This document shows positions 43,601 through 55,800 of a stretch of DNA of 64,000 bases, piece by piece. Source of the stretch: Bugula neritina (taxonomy: Eukaryota > Animalia > Bryozoa); the NCBI GenBank assembly GCA_964035545.1, contig OZ037773.1:7407751-7471750 (forward strand), in the 5' to 3' direction. The notes under the pieces are model-generated. The model searched no databases and was not told the origin of the DNA. It saw nothing but the letters and a program-made list of their open reading frames with translations. Numbering within the stretch: position 1 is the first letter of the stretch; each line of letters opens with the position of its first letter. The translations under genes were made by a program, and so were the position numbers.

Positions 43601-46600
43601 TGTGCCCTGTTCAGTGATAGTCACCTGACATTCCAACCAGAGTAATGAACGCTGTACAAGACTTGTTTATCCTCTCCTAGCCTCACTTCCACCACTTTAG
43701 CATCGTACAGTTTGATGTTCCTCCCTCTACCGTACCTAACTCTGAGCTTAGTACCGGGAGGGTAGTCTACATCCACGCTAACCGTAGAGCTGTCTTCCGT
43801 ATCCTCTGATACAACCGAATCATTGTCTCTATAATAACAATACTTAGAGATCAAAGGAAATAGACCAACACAAAACATATACACTAGTTTAATGTGTGAG
43901 CACACAACTTATAGTAAGAATACAACACTGAGTAAAACTCAAACTGACCAAGAGGATAGTGAGTTGGAAACACAGTAATAGAAAAATAAATGAAAAATCT
44001 CCATGAGTATTAAAATCTATCAGCGATCTAAGCAATGGTATGTCAAAGAGACGAGGTATAACAACTCCTCAGAAACACAGCTGATCATATGAATCCGTTG
44101 ATAGCTTTTTCGACAAAATGTTTCCCAACTTCTGCATTTCTCGCTGAGCATATTTGAACAAGTAAATGTGGAGACTCCAGCATGTGATGATAGAGTGGAC
44201 AACTCACGCCTTGGTGTCTGTGGAATCCTCTTTTACTTTAGCCTGTGCACCTTTACTACTGGGTGTAGGGGGCGCTGGTGGAGTTAGAGCAGACACAAGT
44301 CCAACGAGAGTAGCAGCTGCAGCCTGACTGGTGTCGGACTGGTCTTCACTCAGGTCCAACTTGATGGCTTTCTCCATCTTGATGCTGGACTTAGGGGGAG
44401 GTGCTTTACCTTTAGCTGAAGTGTAAATAGCAGCACACTGTGATATAACCCGAAACATGCTACATGCAGCTCTTCATATAAAAAGAGAATGCAGATGAAC
44501 AGGTTATAGACTTTAGTATCAATACTTATCCATAAACTCAACACAATCTACTGCTGCACCTAGTATAGGAAATTATGATGTGAGACAGAAAAGTGTAGCT
44601 TCATATCTACCAATGCTACATTAATAAGATTGGGGAGTGGATAGATTACATGCAGTAGGCCTATGCCTTCAGATGAGCTGATATAACACATGAGCCACAG
44701 TCTAGTGACTAAATACACTATTACTACAAGCAGTTGACATTGTAAGCTGCTCCCACAAGATAATAATTACCAGATGACTCGGGTCTTTTGGGACTCTCCG
44801 CAGCTCTCAGCCTGTCTTCCTTCTTACTGCTAACCTGTCTTACGGGGGTTCTGCGGGGCGTCTCCTCAAAAGCTGGCCGCTCTTGTTTTACTTTAACCTC
44901 TTGGTCTGAAGGTGACGGCTTTCCTTCAACCGACTTACCAACAACTGGTGCGGTTTTGGAAACTGCCGGGGTGGTCTTGGAAACGACCTGAGTGGTCTTT
45001 GGCACTGGCGTGGTCTTCGGTGTTGATGCAGCAGCCAGTTTACTAGTCTCTCTCGTTGACTTGCTAGTGACACTCTGACAACAGAACTTGACATTGAGAG
45101 CTACGACGCAGACAAGAATGAACTCAACATTTCAGGTTTGTAACTCTAAAGCCAACTTGAACAACATATGCACACTTACGTGATGCATTTCCAAACTGCT
45201 ACATGCATACTATAAATTGAAGTGATACAAAAGTTGCCAAATGACTTGTGCTCATTTATATACACTTTAGCATGCTGTAGAGTATGGGCTAAAAATAGTG
45301 TAAAGAGTATACATACTTTAGTATGCTATAGACTATAGCTACTAGCTAGTACAGAGAGTATACATACTTTAGCATCAACGGCACCAGAATGGTGAGACTC
45401 TCTGTCTCGGGGAGGAAGCACGCTGCGACCGCCGGCAGCAGTAGTGCGCTGCGATGACCTTGACACTTCAAACATGTGAGTATCGCCCATCTTCCTGTAG
45501 AACTCCTCAAATGCTACCAAGTACCTGCAACAAAGAAGATAGTAGTTATGCTCCCCTTGACAAAACAGGCTAAGATCTGACACAGCTATCAAACATGGAT
45601 GCAAGTTGACTGTAGATATTAATCATAAGTCATTGCTATGTGGGAAATCTGTCTAATATAACGTCACACTTAGAGACTAAATAGAGTGAGATTAAACTGC
45701 ATCACCACATGACAATTAGAAGTATTGACTGGAGCATTATGTAATTTTACCTCCGATACAAAAGCTTCATCTCAGTTCCAGCGGATATGCCGGAAAAGCC
45801 TAGCTTGTTGGCAACATATTTCCACTTCCCTACAAACAGCAGCACCAATAACCAATCAGCAAGTGACAATAAACAACAACATTACTCAAGACAAACATTA
45901 TTTCAAAATAGCCTGTGGTTTAAGTAATGCATACATACCGCTAGCGGACACCTTGTTGAACCCCCCACACTTTCTCACTTTCTGGTAGAGTCTGGACAGA
46001 TTAATGTCTCTGTTATACAACTGGGCAGGTTTGTTTATTGGAGTACCTGCGAAGCAGTGTCAGTCAGGTTATCAAGTGTCACTGACAGCTGACCTGCAGC
46101 TAGTGCTTGTGCTAGCCAGAAATGCCAGCACCTTAACTACTGTACTAATAAGATTACGCTATGAATAACATCGTGATACAACTATTGTACGCAGTGACCT
46201 TCACCTTTATACTCAGGTGATAAATAATGCATAAGAATAAGTAAGTTAGATTAATACAATACTACAGGAGTATTATACTGCTAACTTAATAAAGACACAT
46301 TGCAGTTTATCAATGAATTAACCGTAAATTAAATATAATATACAGCCTGATATTGAAACAATAACCGATATACTACTTTAACTGATTCCTGAAAAGCGAT
46401 CTGGGTAAATGTGTTTAAACTTCAGAAGTTAAATTTTCACACAGGACTGCAAGAAGCTGCTGTAAGGTTCACATGGCAGTAACAACAGCACGTAACGAAC
46501 ACAGGTAAAACCTTGGCTCGCACCACTTGCGAACAACTAGGAAGATGGTTTACAGAAGGGAGACAGAGCAAAGAGAACAACTTACTTCTATCATCCATAA

Positions 46601-49600
46601 ACTTGTAGAGTTGTGCTATAAACATGTCACTCTTTTCTTCCTTTTCTTCGTCTTCATCACTAGACTGCAACACACCTCCTTATTATATATACGAGTACAT
46701 ATAACACACCTCAGCATAATATACATACAACACACCTCCATATCATATATACGAGTACATATAACACACCGCCATATCATATATACGAGTACATATAACA
46801 CACCTCCATGTCATATATACGAGTATATATAACACACCTCCATGTCATATATACGAGTACATATAACACACCTCCATGTCATATATACGAGTATATATAA
46901 CACACCTCAACATAACATACATACAACACACCTCCATATCATATATACGAGTACATATAACACACCTCAACATAACATACATATAACATACCTCAACATA
47001 ATATACATTCTATATATATGTAACACACATCAATATCATATACATTCTATATATATGTAACACACATCAATATCATATACATATAGCACATTCACTGGCA
47101 GACTTATTCTAGAAGTAATCCATCAAAATATTATACAAAATGCACATTATTCTGGTCTTCCGGCAAATGAGAAACGATATTATATACCAACCACCTTGTT
47201 TTACCGCTAACATGCATTATACTATAACATGGATTATACAGTATAACCAATACACATGATGAGATAGCAAGTATGTTGATGACAGCGTGTGCGTACAGGG
47301 CTTAATTCAAAAGTGGAGAACACAACTCTAGAAATATATGCTGTTCCTTTATTTAGAAGGGCAAAACATTTTTTGATGGCATTTTCCATCTCCGTTATCT
47401 CATTGAGTCACTCACTCACTCACTCATTGACTCACTCACTCACTCACTCACTCCAAGACTCACTCACTCCAAAACTCACTCACTCACTCACCCCAAAACT
47501 CACTCACTCCAAAACTCACTCACTCACTCACTCACTCACTCACTCACTCACTCACTCCAAAACTCACTCACTCCAAAACTCACACTATCAGACTCCTCAT
47601 CGCTGTCGGCAGCAGGCACAGAGCTGGCAGCGGTTTTGCTCTGTGAAAGTGAGGCTTGCTTGCTCAACTCAGTGACTCCTAGTAAGTCTTCCTTCTTCCA
47701 AGATGCAGGCAGTTCTTTTGTATTCATATATTTCAGAGCTTTATCTACAGCTGAAAGTAGAGGGAGCTTTTAGTAGGTCATAGTAAGAATGGAAACACAA
47801 CTTCATCGCACAAGAATAAAATTGAGAAAATAAGGGAAAACATGTATACATTTAGATCTGCTTAAAGCTTTTAACACAGTTTCTGAAGAATATTATAACA
47901 ACAAGCATTTAGACTTCATTTTTAAGAAAAAAGAACACATTTACAAAGTTGTTAGAACCGTTTAACGAAAAAGATTGTACATATTGCCTTCTTTAACTGA
48001 GAAGCAAAAATAAAAGAATTACAAAAGATTCTACATCAAAAAAGTGACAAAGGTAACATAATGCATTCAAAAAACATTTTCAATTTCACATAGCAAGAAA
48101 CCAACTTTATAGTAAGCATGTATTTACAACAAATAGACTCAAACTGTATCACCACACACAGAGCAGACTCAAACTGTATGACCACACACAGAGCAGACTC
48201 AAAGTGTATGACCACACACAGAGTAGACTCAAACTGTATGACCACACACAGAGCAGACTCAAAGTGTATGACCACACACAGAGTAGACTCCAACTGTATG
48301 ACCACACACTCAACTCCTACCTGCTTTGGTGAGTCTGTCATCAGAGTAAGTTTTCACAAGATCTCTTGAGAATTCTCTCACTTGACGTTCAGTCACACTG
48401 GTTCTGTAGATGCAAACACAATTAGAGAAACAGAACATTATACAATTATTTCATATGAATATACAGATGATAGAATACATAGTATCGGCTAACACACCAG
48501 CATCATGTTTCAATGTTGAGCCAACACAACTATAAACGAAGTGTCTAACAGATATTAACTTAAAAACATTAGCACACTCCATGCTTCATACAACACAGCG
48601 AATCTTCAATGCTGTTAACTACACACAACATTTAAAGCAAACATCAATTTATCGAAAAACGAGCATTAGATATCTAGAGTCCAGACATTAGTGTAATAAG
48701 CCTCCAGAAATCAGTACAACAAGAATACATACATTTTATTATCTCTAAAGGACTTGACTGTGAAGGAGCCTTTGCCCTTTGCATCAGACTCCGCAGATGA
48801 GGGTTTGACAACCAGGGCAGGTGCCCACTTCTTCTTATCCCCGATCTCTACAGACACAACTTTGCCAATGACATCTAATGCACTCTTGCTAGCAGCTCTA
48901 GGCGATATTCTACGAGAGATACTGGTCGCTTCATCGTCTACGTCGCTCTCATCTGATAGGACACTACAAACATGAGGTAGAGAAACATCAGCAGCTGTAC
49001 TGATGCATGTTTAAGGTTTGTCTTTGACTGAACAAGCAATATTAACTTGTATCTCATATTTCACAAACAAATACCAAAAACCAATAGGCATTACCAAAGG
49101 TTTGCCTTTATGTTTACAGACTCACTTCGTCACACTTCTTAATAAAACTAGTAGTTATCACACCACAACCCAGTAATGCCAATCAACGCCATCAAAAGTC
49201 TGCCCTGATTGGTGAAAATAAACGGATCAGAGACGATAACCTTGACTGGTTTAGAAGAGGTTCTCAAGAGCTTACCTAGACTGGTTGGAAGAGTATCCGG
49301 GACGTCTCCGCCGCTCCTTCTTCATAAGGTTAACTGGAGTACTGAAGTGCTCGGGGTTGGTGAGGGGCAACTTGTCCAGGGTGTCACCTTCCATGTAGTG
49401 CTTGTCTCCCTTCAGGCATATCTGGGTGCGTTTAAGGGTGGCCACATCCCCATCATCAAACACTGTGCAAGTAGAAACACAGTTCCAAGGCTAACATTTA
49501 TACAGTTTGACTTCATTACAGAACCAGGAATCTAGACACAAGACTGGTAAAGTTAGGTAGTGTGACATAGTCTATGGGAGTAAGAGTTCACCTACCAACA

Positions 49601-51189
49601 GTGTATATGCTGCTGTCTATGATACGAGAAATATTCCCATCAATAATCTGGCCAGAGTCAGGCTGTCTCACTTTTACTGGTCCACCGATCTGAATGAACA
49701 TATAGAATATACTATAAACATACATACCATCAATATACTATAAACATACTATAAATGTAATACAAACATGTAGAATATACTATAAACATAGTACAACATA
49801 CCACAACATGCTATAGATGTAATATAAACATACTATAATATAACACAACATACTATAACCTAACATACTATAGATGTAATAAAAATATGTATAGCATACT
49901 ATAAAAATACTATTTTAGTCAAAGATGATCACCGCTATTATAGAGAGTTTATAAAACATTTGTTTCAGACTCTAAATAGGTTGCCAGCTAAAAACTAGCA
50001 ACTCCAATAGAAATAGTACACCAAGACACTGCCTATACGATTTTGATACATTGTACAGGGTTAACTTAAAGGCAAAGAAAAAGTTCTCAGACAGCTATAA
50101 ATTTACCAGTTTACAAAATTTAACAAAGTTTAAAGAGGAATACAATTTTCACTACATATGCTTTCAGATCTGCTGCCACTGTATAAGAGTCTAGTAATAA
50201 TTAAAGAGAACATTTCCTGAACACAGTCCTCATGACTATTCAAAAGTAAGACTGCTTGATTTTTATAACTATTTGACTAACAAACCTTGCCACATCATAA
50301 CTAATAGTCCTTTTTTATTAACCCGTGCGTGTGTGTGTATTTATAAGCATCTGTGTGCACTTTAGAGAACTAGAATACCTGTCTTATAGCATAAAACCGA
50401 ATATATAAAACAAAAAAGACTGTTAAAACTTTCCGTTCTGTCAATTTTCACCACATACTGCTATATGTTCAACAGTTGATTGAAAAGTAGATCAATACTT
50501 TAAACTACAAGGATCTGCATTTTGTTAAAAGGAAATGCCAGAGTAATTATGGAATGGAATAAGCCTCTCACCTTCAGATCTCCCTGTACAGCGTCGTCAG
50601 TAACACTTATCTGGGGTCCACCATCTCTTGGAGCTACCTTGAAACATGAGTCATACGGTATATGAGTCATACGGCTTATGAGTCATATAGAATACAAGCT
50701 CTCATCCAATACTATCTTTTAAGTTTGTATCATAATTAGGTACATGAACTTAAAAAAACAATTTAATACAGAACTTATAATAAAAAAGTGTGCCAACAGC
50801 TGGTATCATTTTAGAAAACAAACCTCATCATCTGTAATGCATATTTACCCAAAACTTTAACTTTATAAACAACACCTCAGAATTGAAGCTAAAGGCTAGC
50901 AGACCAGTTTGAAAAGAAAACCAGTACTCGTTGAGTCTCGACTAACAAGACAAACCTTGCATTTGACAGATTTCTGGCAGCGCTTGATTTTAGCTTCACA
51001 GAATGCTCCTTTGTACTTTGCACTGACCTCGGTTCCTGGCGTGAGATACGGTGGCCCGCCGGACTGAGACTAAAAACATTGAAATTGTTACAGTCGCAAT
51101 TTACAAGGAAAACTCTAGTGCCACTACAAAGCAAATATATTGCATAGTCTCACTATAATAAAGTCAATAGAAATTACAGCACTCACCAT
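37688..51189 (-). CDS. ARID4B: ARID4A/ARID4B (RBBP1-like) chromatin regulator, about 25 exons. ATG ends the exon at 51187; next exons include 50956-51069, 50572-50637, 49596-49689, 49276-49462, 48733-48963, 48321-48403, 47584-47750, 46586-46664, 45939-46046, 45751-45829, 45368-45524, 44771-45074, 44208-44415, 43625-43828, 43050-43131 and further 3' exons to the stop at 37688
   Basis: Tudor [22 protein letters not shown] and [27 protein letters not shown]; [36 protein letters not shown]; chromo-barrel [26 protein letters not shown]; C-terminal coiled coil [10 protein letters not shown]. Invertebrates usually have one ARID4, so A vs B cannot be resolved. Confidence 0.92.
39961..40710. repeat. 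27-bp minisatellite, about 28 units, filling almost all of ARID4 intron 39949-40732
   Basis: Unit atgagttactgtatgacatcacacaca. Confidence 0.95.
41466..41570. repeat. 35-bp triplication of an ARID4 donor site
   Basis: Minus-strand caag|gtaacat occurs three times at 35-nt spacing; the real donor follows 41565. Confidence 0.9.
43274..43462 (+). mobile_element. tRNA-derived SINE (family A), diverged copy
   Basis: gagcagtggtggtctaggg...gttcgatctc...aaaggccattagtaatgttagga; homologous to copies at 57537, 58303 and 63770. Confidence 0.8.
45259..45375. repeat. ~51-bp triplication of an ARID4 donor site
   Basis: Minus-strand ctaaa|gtatgtatactct occurs twice, plus a degenerate ctaaa|gtgtata. Confidence 0.8.
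46669..47085. repeat. ~34-bp minisatellite abutting the acceptor of the ARID exon 46586-46664
   Basis: Unit aacacacctccatatcatatatacgagtacatat; the first unit is contiguous with the acceptor (minus-strand gaggtgtgttgcAG). Confidence 0.9.
47405..47583. repeat. (ACTC)n microsatellite with CCAAA interruptions = reiterated GTGAGT donor motif on the minus strand
   Basis: Begins exactly at the donor of exon 47584-47750 (agt|gtgagttttggagtgagtgagt). Confidence 0.9.
48133..48312. repeat. 30-bp tandem repeat x6 starting about 8 nt after an ARID4 donor
   Basis: Unit agactcaaactgtatgaccacacacagagc; donor at 48320-48319. Confidence 0.9.
49700..49912. repeat. Degenerate catactataaa-type repeats abutting the acceptor at 49690
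   Basis: Repeated atactataaacat / tatagatgtaat motifs. Confidence 0.65.
50645..50692. repeat. 16-bp x3 repeat (ATGAGTCAT core) abutting the acceptor at 50638
   Basis: catgagtcatacggta / tatgagtcatacggct / tatgagtcatatagaa. Confidence 0.85.
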
Positions 51190-51929
51190 TAATGTTTATA
51201 GCACAAATTGATTTCTTCAGATCATAAATTTTAGCCCCTGAACTACTGGTAGCCAGCTTTTATGATCTAAAACAAAAATGACCCTGTGAACAAGTTTAGC
51301 AAGACTGAAATCCTCGTCTTAATCACCCATTCAGAATACTGAAATAATGATAATAATGATAGCACAGCTCCATAAAATTTGAAAAAAAAGAACATCTTCG
51401 TGCTTTTATGCTGCCTTCATTTTTATTTATTAAATTTTTATGTCCACTTTTAATAGCCAGTAAACTGAAATATGAATTTTTCATTGGATTTTTTAGCATG
51501 CTTCAAGTTTAAAAATAATGAGCAAAATTCATGTCAAATAATTATAAATGTCATATTAATAATAATTAATATTATACTCGACACAATACTTTTAGAATAG
51601 AATAATAGAATAAAAATAGTAAAATACAAAACAATAGTAACTTTATTATAAAGTAAAAGTCTAGTAGTAGTAACTAGTAACTGTAAGTCTCATACTCTTC
51701 TTTGCAGTATCAGTCATACTCATACTGTTTGAGTTTCAGTTTGTTACACTTACAGTCAGTGTTACACTGTTGCAGTTACTCATTTAGTGATTTACTGGTA
51801 CTGTTAGACTTAAGCTTACTGTCAGAGTTTCAATTTTTTTAATATTAAACACTAATTTCAAAGAAAGCAGCAGTAACAAAAATACACATACATATAATTA
51901 CAATTAACCATCAAAGAATAAAAATACAC

Positions 51930-52250
51930 TTACAGTTACAGTCAATGCGATTTTCTCTTTCAACACTGTGACTATAGCTTGTATGCCTGAAGCGCTTTCT
52001 CTTTCTTATACGTAAATATAAAAAATAAATTCTGCAGCGAAACACCTTGTACAAATTGTAGTACGTTTTAGCTTCGTACACCACATAGATATACCGATGG
52101 TTGATTTTTGTGTTCAGTCTATAAATGTTCTGCTGATAGTTGTTTTCCAAAAGTAGGCGTGTATTTCCGCTATCCGATAGGGTTGAAAGAAGAACCACGG
52201 AATCACTGAATTTAGACTAGTGTTAATTTCTATAGTTACTAAACTGCAGG
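51930..52250. promoter_or_regulatory. Probable bidirectional promoter and first non-coding exons of ARID4 (-) and GMF (+)
   Basis: Minus-strand donor act|gtaagt at ~51933 and plus-strand donor cag|gtgagt at 52250 face away from each other across a CpG-containing stretch. TSS positions cannot be read from sequence. Confidence 0.55.
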
Positions 52251-52537
52251 TGAGTATCAATTTTATAGATTCGTAGCATATTTATGAATATGTCACCATC
52301 AACCTCCACTATAATTTTTATTTTTGTTACTGGTGCAATACATAATTGAGTAATTCAAGCGTATATTGATATTCAATAAAATAAAGTAAATTAATAAATA
52401 ATAAATATAATAATAATTAGTTTATAATTTGAATTGAAATAAAAATTATAATATTGATAAAATATAGAATTAAATATTAATTGAGTAAGTATTTAATTTT
52501 GTATTTTATTATAATTTAAAATATATTTGTTATTAAT

Positions 52538-52769
52538 TGTTCGGTGTTCATGTAAACATTTATTTCTAATTTGTTATTTTATTATTTTACTATTTTTTGT
52601 CATAATCTTAATAATTAATTGTATCACTTATTGTAATAGTTTTAGTATTTTCGTGTATATATATTGTGGTAATAAATCACGGCTTCGGCCTCTTACGTTT
52701 ATCAACTAACTCGAGCACGTTCTGTCTTTTCACGATAGCTGAAATAATATCACAAATCAACATAAAACA
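52538..52769 (+). repeat. 5' LTR
   Basis: tgttcggtgttc...cataaaaca, matches 56806-57037. Confidence 0.97.
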
Positions 52770-52782
52770 TGGTGCCCCGAGT
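52770..52782 (+). other. Primer binding site TGGTGCCCCGAGT (elongator tRNA-Met-like 3' complement)
   Basis: Starts TGG immediately after the 5' LTR. TGGTGCCCCG is complementary to the ...CGGGGCA-CCA end of elongator tRNA-Met as I recall it; this needs checking against the host tRNAs. Confidence 0.6.
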
Positions 52783-52813
52783 CTAATTATTATTAATATT
52801 ACACTGAAATAAC

Positions 52814-55800
52814 ATGGAGCAATTACTAGCGCCAAAACCATTAGCAGATGGACCGAATTTACCTGAGGAATGGAAGATTTTTAAACGTGACTTCGGACTT
52901 TTTTTAACGGCCACATCGAAAGATACAGCCGAAGGCAAAGTGAAAACTGCATACCTACTTAGAACTATCGGTCGCCGAGGCAACCAAATATACGACTCTT
53001 TCAACTGGACTGACAACAATGACAAAACTGACTATGACAAAGTTGTGACGCAGTTTGATGACTACTGCAAACCAAGAATAAACTTAGTGGCTAAGACTCA
53101 CTCACTACTGACTTGTAAGCAAGGAAATAGAACTATTGACGAATTTTTGACTGAACTACATACCATTGCAGGACTATGTGACTTAAAAGACATGTACAAC
53201 CGACTGATACTACAGGCACTGATACTGGGAATTGAAAGTGACAAGATTAGAAAGAAACTGTTTGACTTGACTGACTTTGACAAAGCAATTGAACTCTGCA
53301 GACGAGAAGAAGCATCGGCTATTGACTACAAGACTATGACTAAGGATAACACATATGGACTCGAACAAGTGAACTTGGTAAAACATAGACCTCCGACTCA
53401 TCAATATCACTCTAATGACACTCGTAACACTGATAAACACAGAGGACAACTTTCACACACTCACTCTCAGCCCAACGTCAGAAAATCAGTTGGTGCTTCT
53501 AGGTGTGGAAACTGTGGAGGCAATCACCCACCTCGAGCATGCCCAGCATATGGGAAACAGTGCAATCATTGCAAGAAATTTAACCACTTTGCTGCATACT
53601 GCAGGTCACGCATGCATCATTATCGCGACTCAACCGAAACAGCCAATCAAGTCACCTGGAATTACTCTTCAGACAGTGACTCTCAACATGTAAGTACTAT
53701 CTCCACTACTGTACGAGATCGTAAATTATTAGCGATGCTCACTGCTAAGCAAGCAGATACTATTTATGACATTGAATTCCAACTTGACACTGGTGCATCA
53801 TGCAATACTTTGAATACGATCGACTACGACAAGCTAGGTAGACCGAAACTTACACCGACTGATACTGTACTAACTTTATATGACCAGAGCAAGTGTGCAC
53901 CACTAGGGTGGACACGGATACAGATACTAAACAAGCAAGGATGTTACACTACATTAAAATTCCTAGTTGTGGAAACCACCCAACATAGCTTGCTGTCATG
54001 GAAATCATGTTTGCACCTGGATTTATTACAAATGCCCAGCACCAAAAGCGAGAATGTAAACTTTGCCACTACTGACCCAGACCTTCAGACTTTACTGACT
54101 AACTTTGATGACATATTTACCGGACTTGGAAAGTTTGAACAGGAATATAGGATAGAGCTAAGACCTGAAGCTGTACCAGTGCAAGTCCGACCGCGGAAGG
54201 TGCCCTTGTCGATGAAATCAGATCTCATCAAGACTATTCTTGAACTAGAACAACGTCAAATTATCGCTAAGGTAGAAGCACCTACAGACTGGATAAGCCA
54301 TCTACAACCAGTGCGCAAGCCTAATGGAAAGATACGCATCTGCATAGATCCGCAAAATCTCAATCAAGCAATTAAACGAAACCACGCTGTCATGCCAACA
54401 TTGGAAGATGTTTTGCCACAACTCAACGGTGCCAAGTTTTTCTCCTTGTGTGACGCCAAAGAAGGTTTCTATCAAATTCCCCTAGCTGAGGAATCTACAG
54501 ACTTGACAACTTTCTGGACTCCCATAGGAAAGTACAAGTACCTAAGGCTACCCTTTGGAATTGCATCAGCGCCGGAGGAGTTTCAGAGAAGGCTCACGGA
54601 AAATCTTGCTGGTCTTGATGGCATCACCATAGTTGCAGATGACATCCTAATTTTTGGAAGCACAAGGAAAGAGCATGATAGAAACCTTGAAGCGCTCTTC
54701 AAACGTGCTCGACAGACAGGACTGAGACTGAACAAGGAAAAATCCCGCTTCCTTCAGGACGAACTACCTTACATTGGACACATACTGACAACTAATGGAC
54801 TTAAACCAGATCCTAACAAAGTAAAAGCCATTCTTAAGATGAAACCTCCCTCATCTCCACAGGGAGTAAAACGATTCCTTGGTCACATCACATACATGTC
54901 AAAATTTATTAGCAACCTAGCATCGGAATCTGAACCATTACGACGTTTACTGACACAAGACAATGCTCAAGACTTTCACTGGACTGACGACCAAATGAAC
55001 GCTTTTAATAGACTGAAGACCTTACTAACTGACTCAGAAACTCTACAATACTTTGACTGCAACAAGCCAGTAACTATACAAACTGACGCTTCAAATGCTG
55101 GTGTGGGTGCAACACTCATGCAAGGAGGCAAGCCTGTAGCATATGCATCTCGCAGTTTAACAAAATCGGAACAGAACTATGTGCCACTAGAGCTTGAGTG
55201 CCTTGCCATAGTGTTTGGCACTGAACGCTTTGACCAGTATATCTTTGGTCACCATGCTGTCACTATCCAAACTGACCACAAACCCCTTGTATCTATTTTC
55301 AGGAAATCCATTCATAAGGCATCTCGGAGGTTGCAGGCTATGCTTCTTCACTTACAAAGATACCCCAACATTAAGGTAACTTGGCAAAAGGGTGCTGAAC
55401 AGATCACGGCTGACTTACTCTCAAGAGACTCATACTTTGACTCCCCCAACTATCAACAACTACCAGAACACATTTTTCACATTGACTCTCAAAATAATGA
55501 TGCTCCTGTTTGTGACGACTTAATTGACAACATTAGGACTGCTACTGCACAGGACAATGAACTTATGACACTGACAAACCTTATTAAACATGACTGGAAC
55601 ATTGCCAACTGCACAACTCACGACAAGTACAAACACTTTCAGGACGAACTATCTATTGACAATGGCATTGTTTACAAAGGACTACGAGCCATTATTCCAA
55701 AGACACTCCAGAGAAAGTTTCTCCAACTACTTCACACCGGCCATAATGGGATTAACTCCACACTAAGACGTGCCCGCCACACAGTGTTTTGGCTTGGCAT

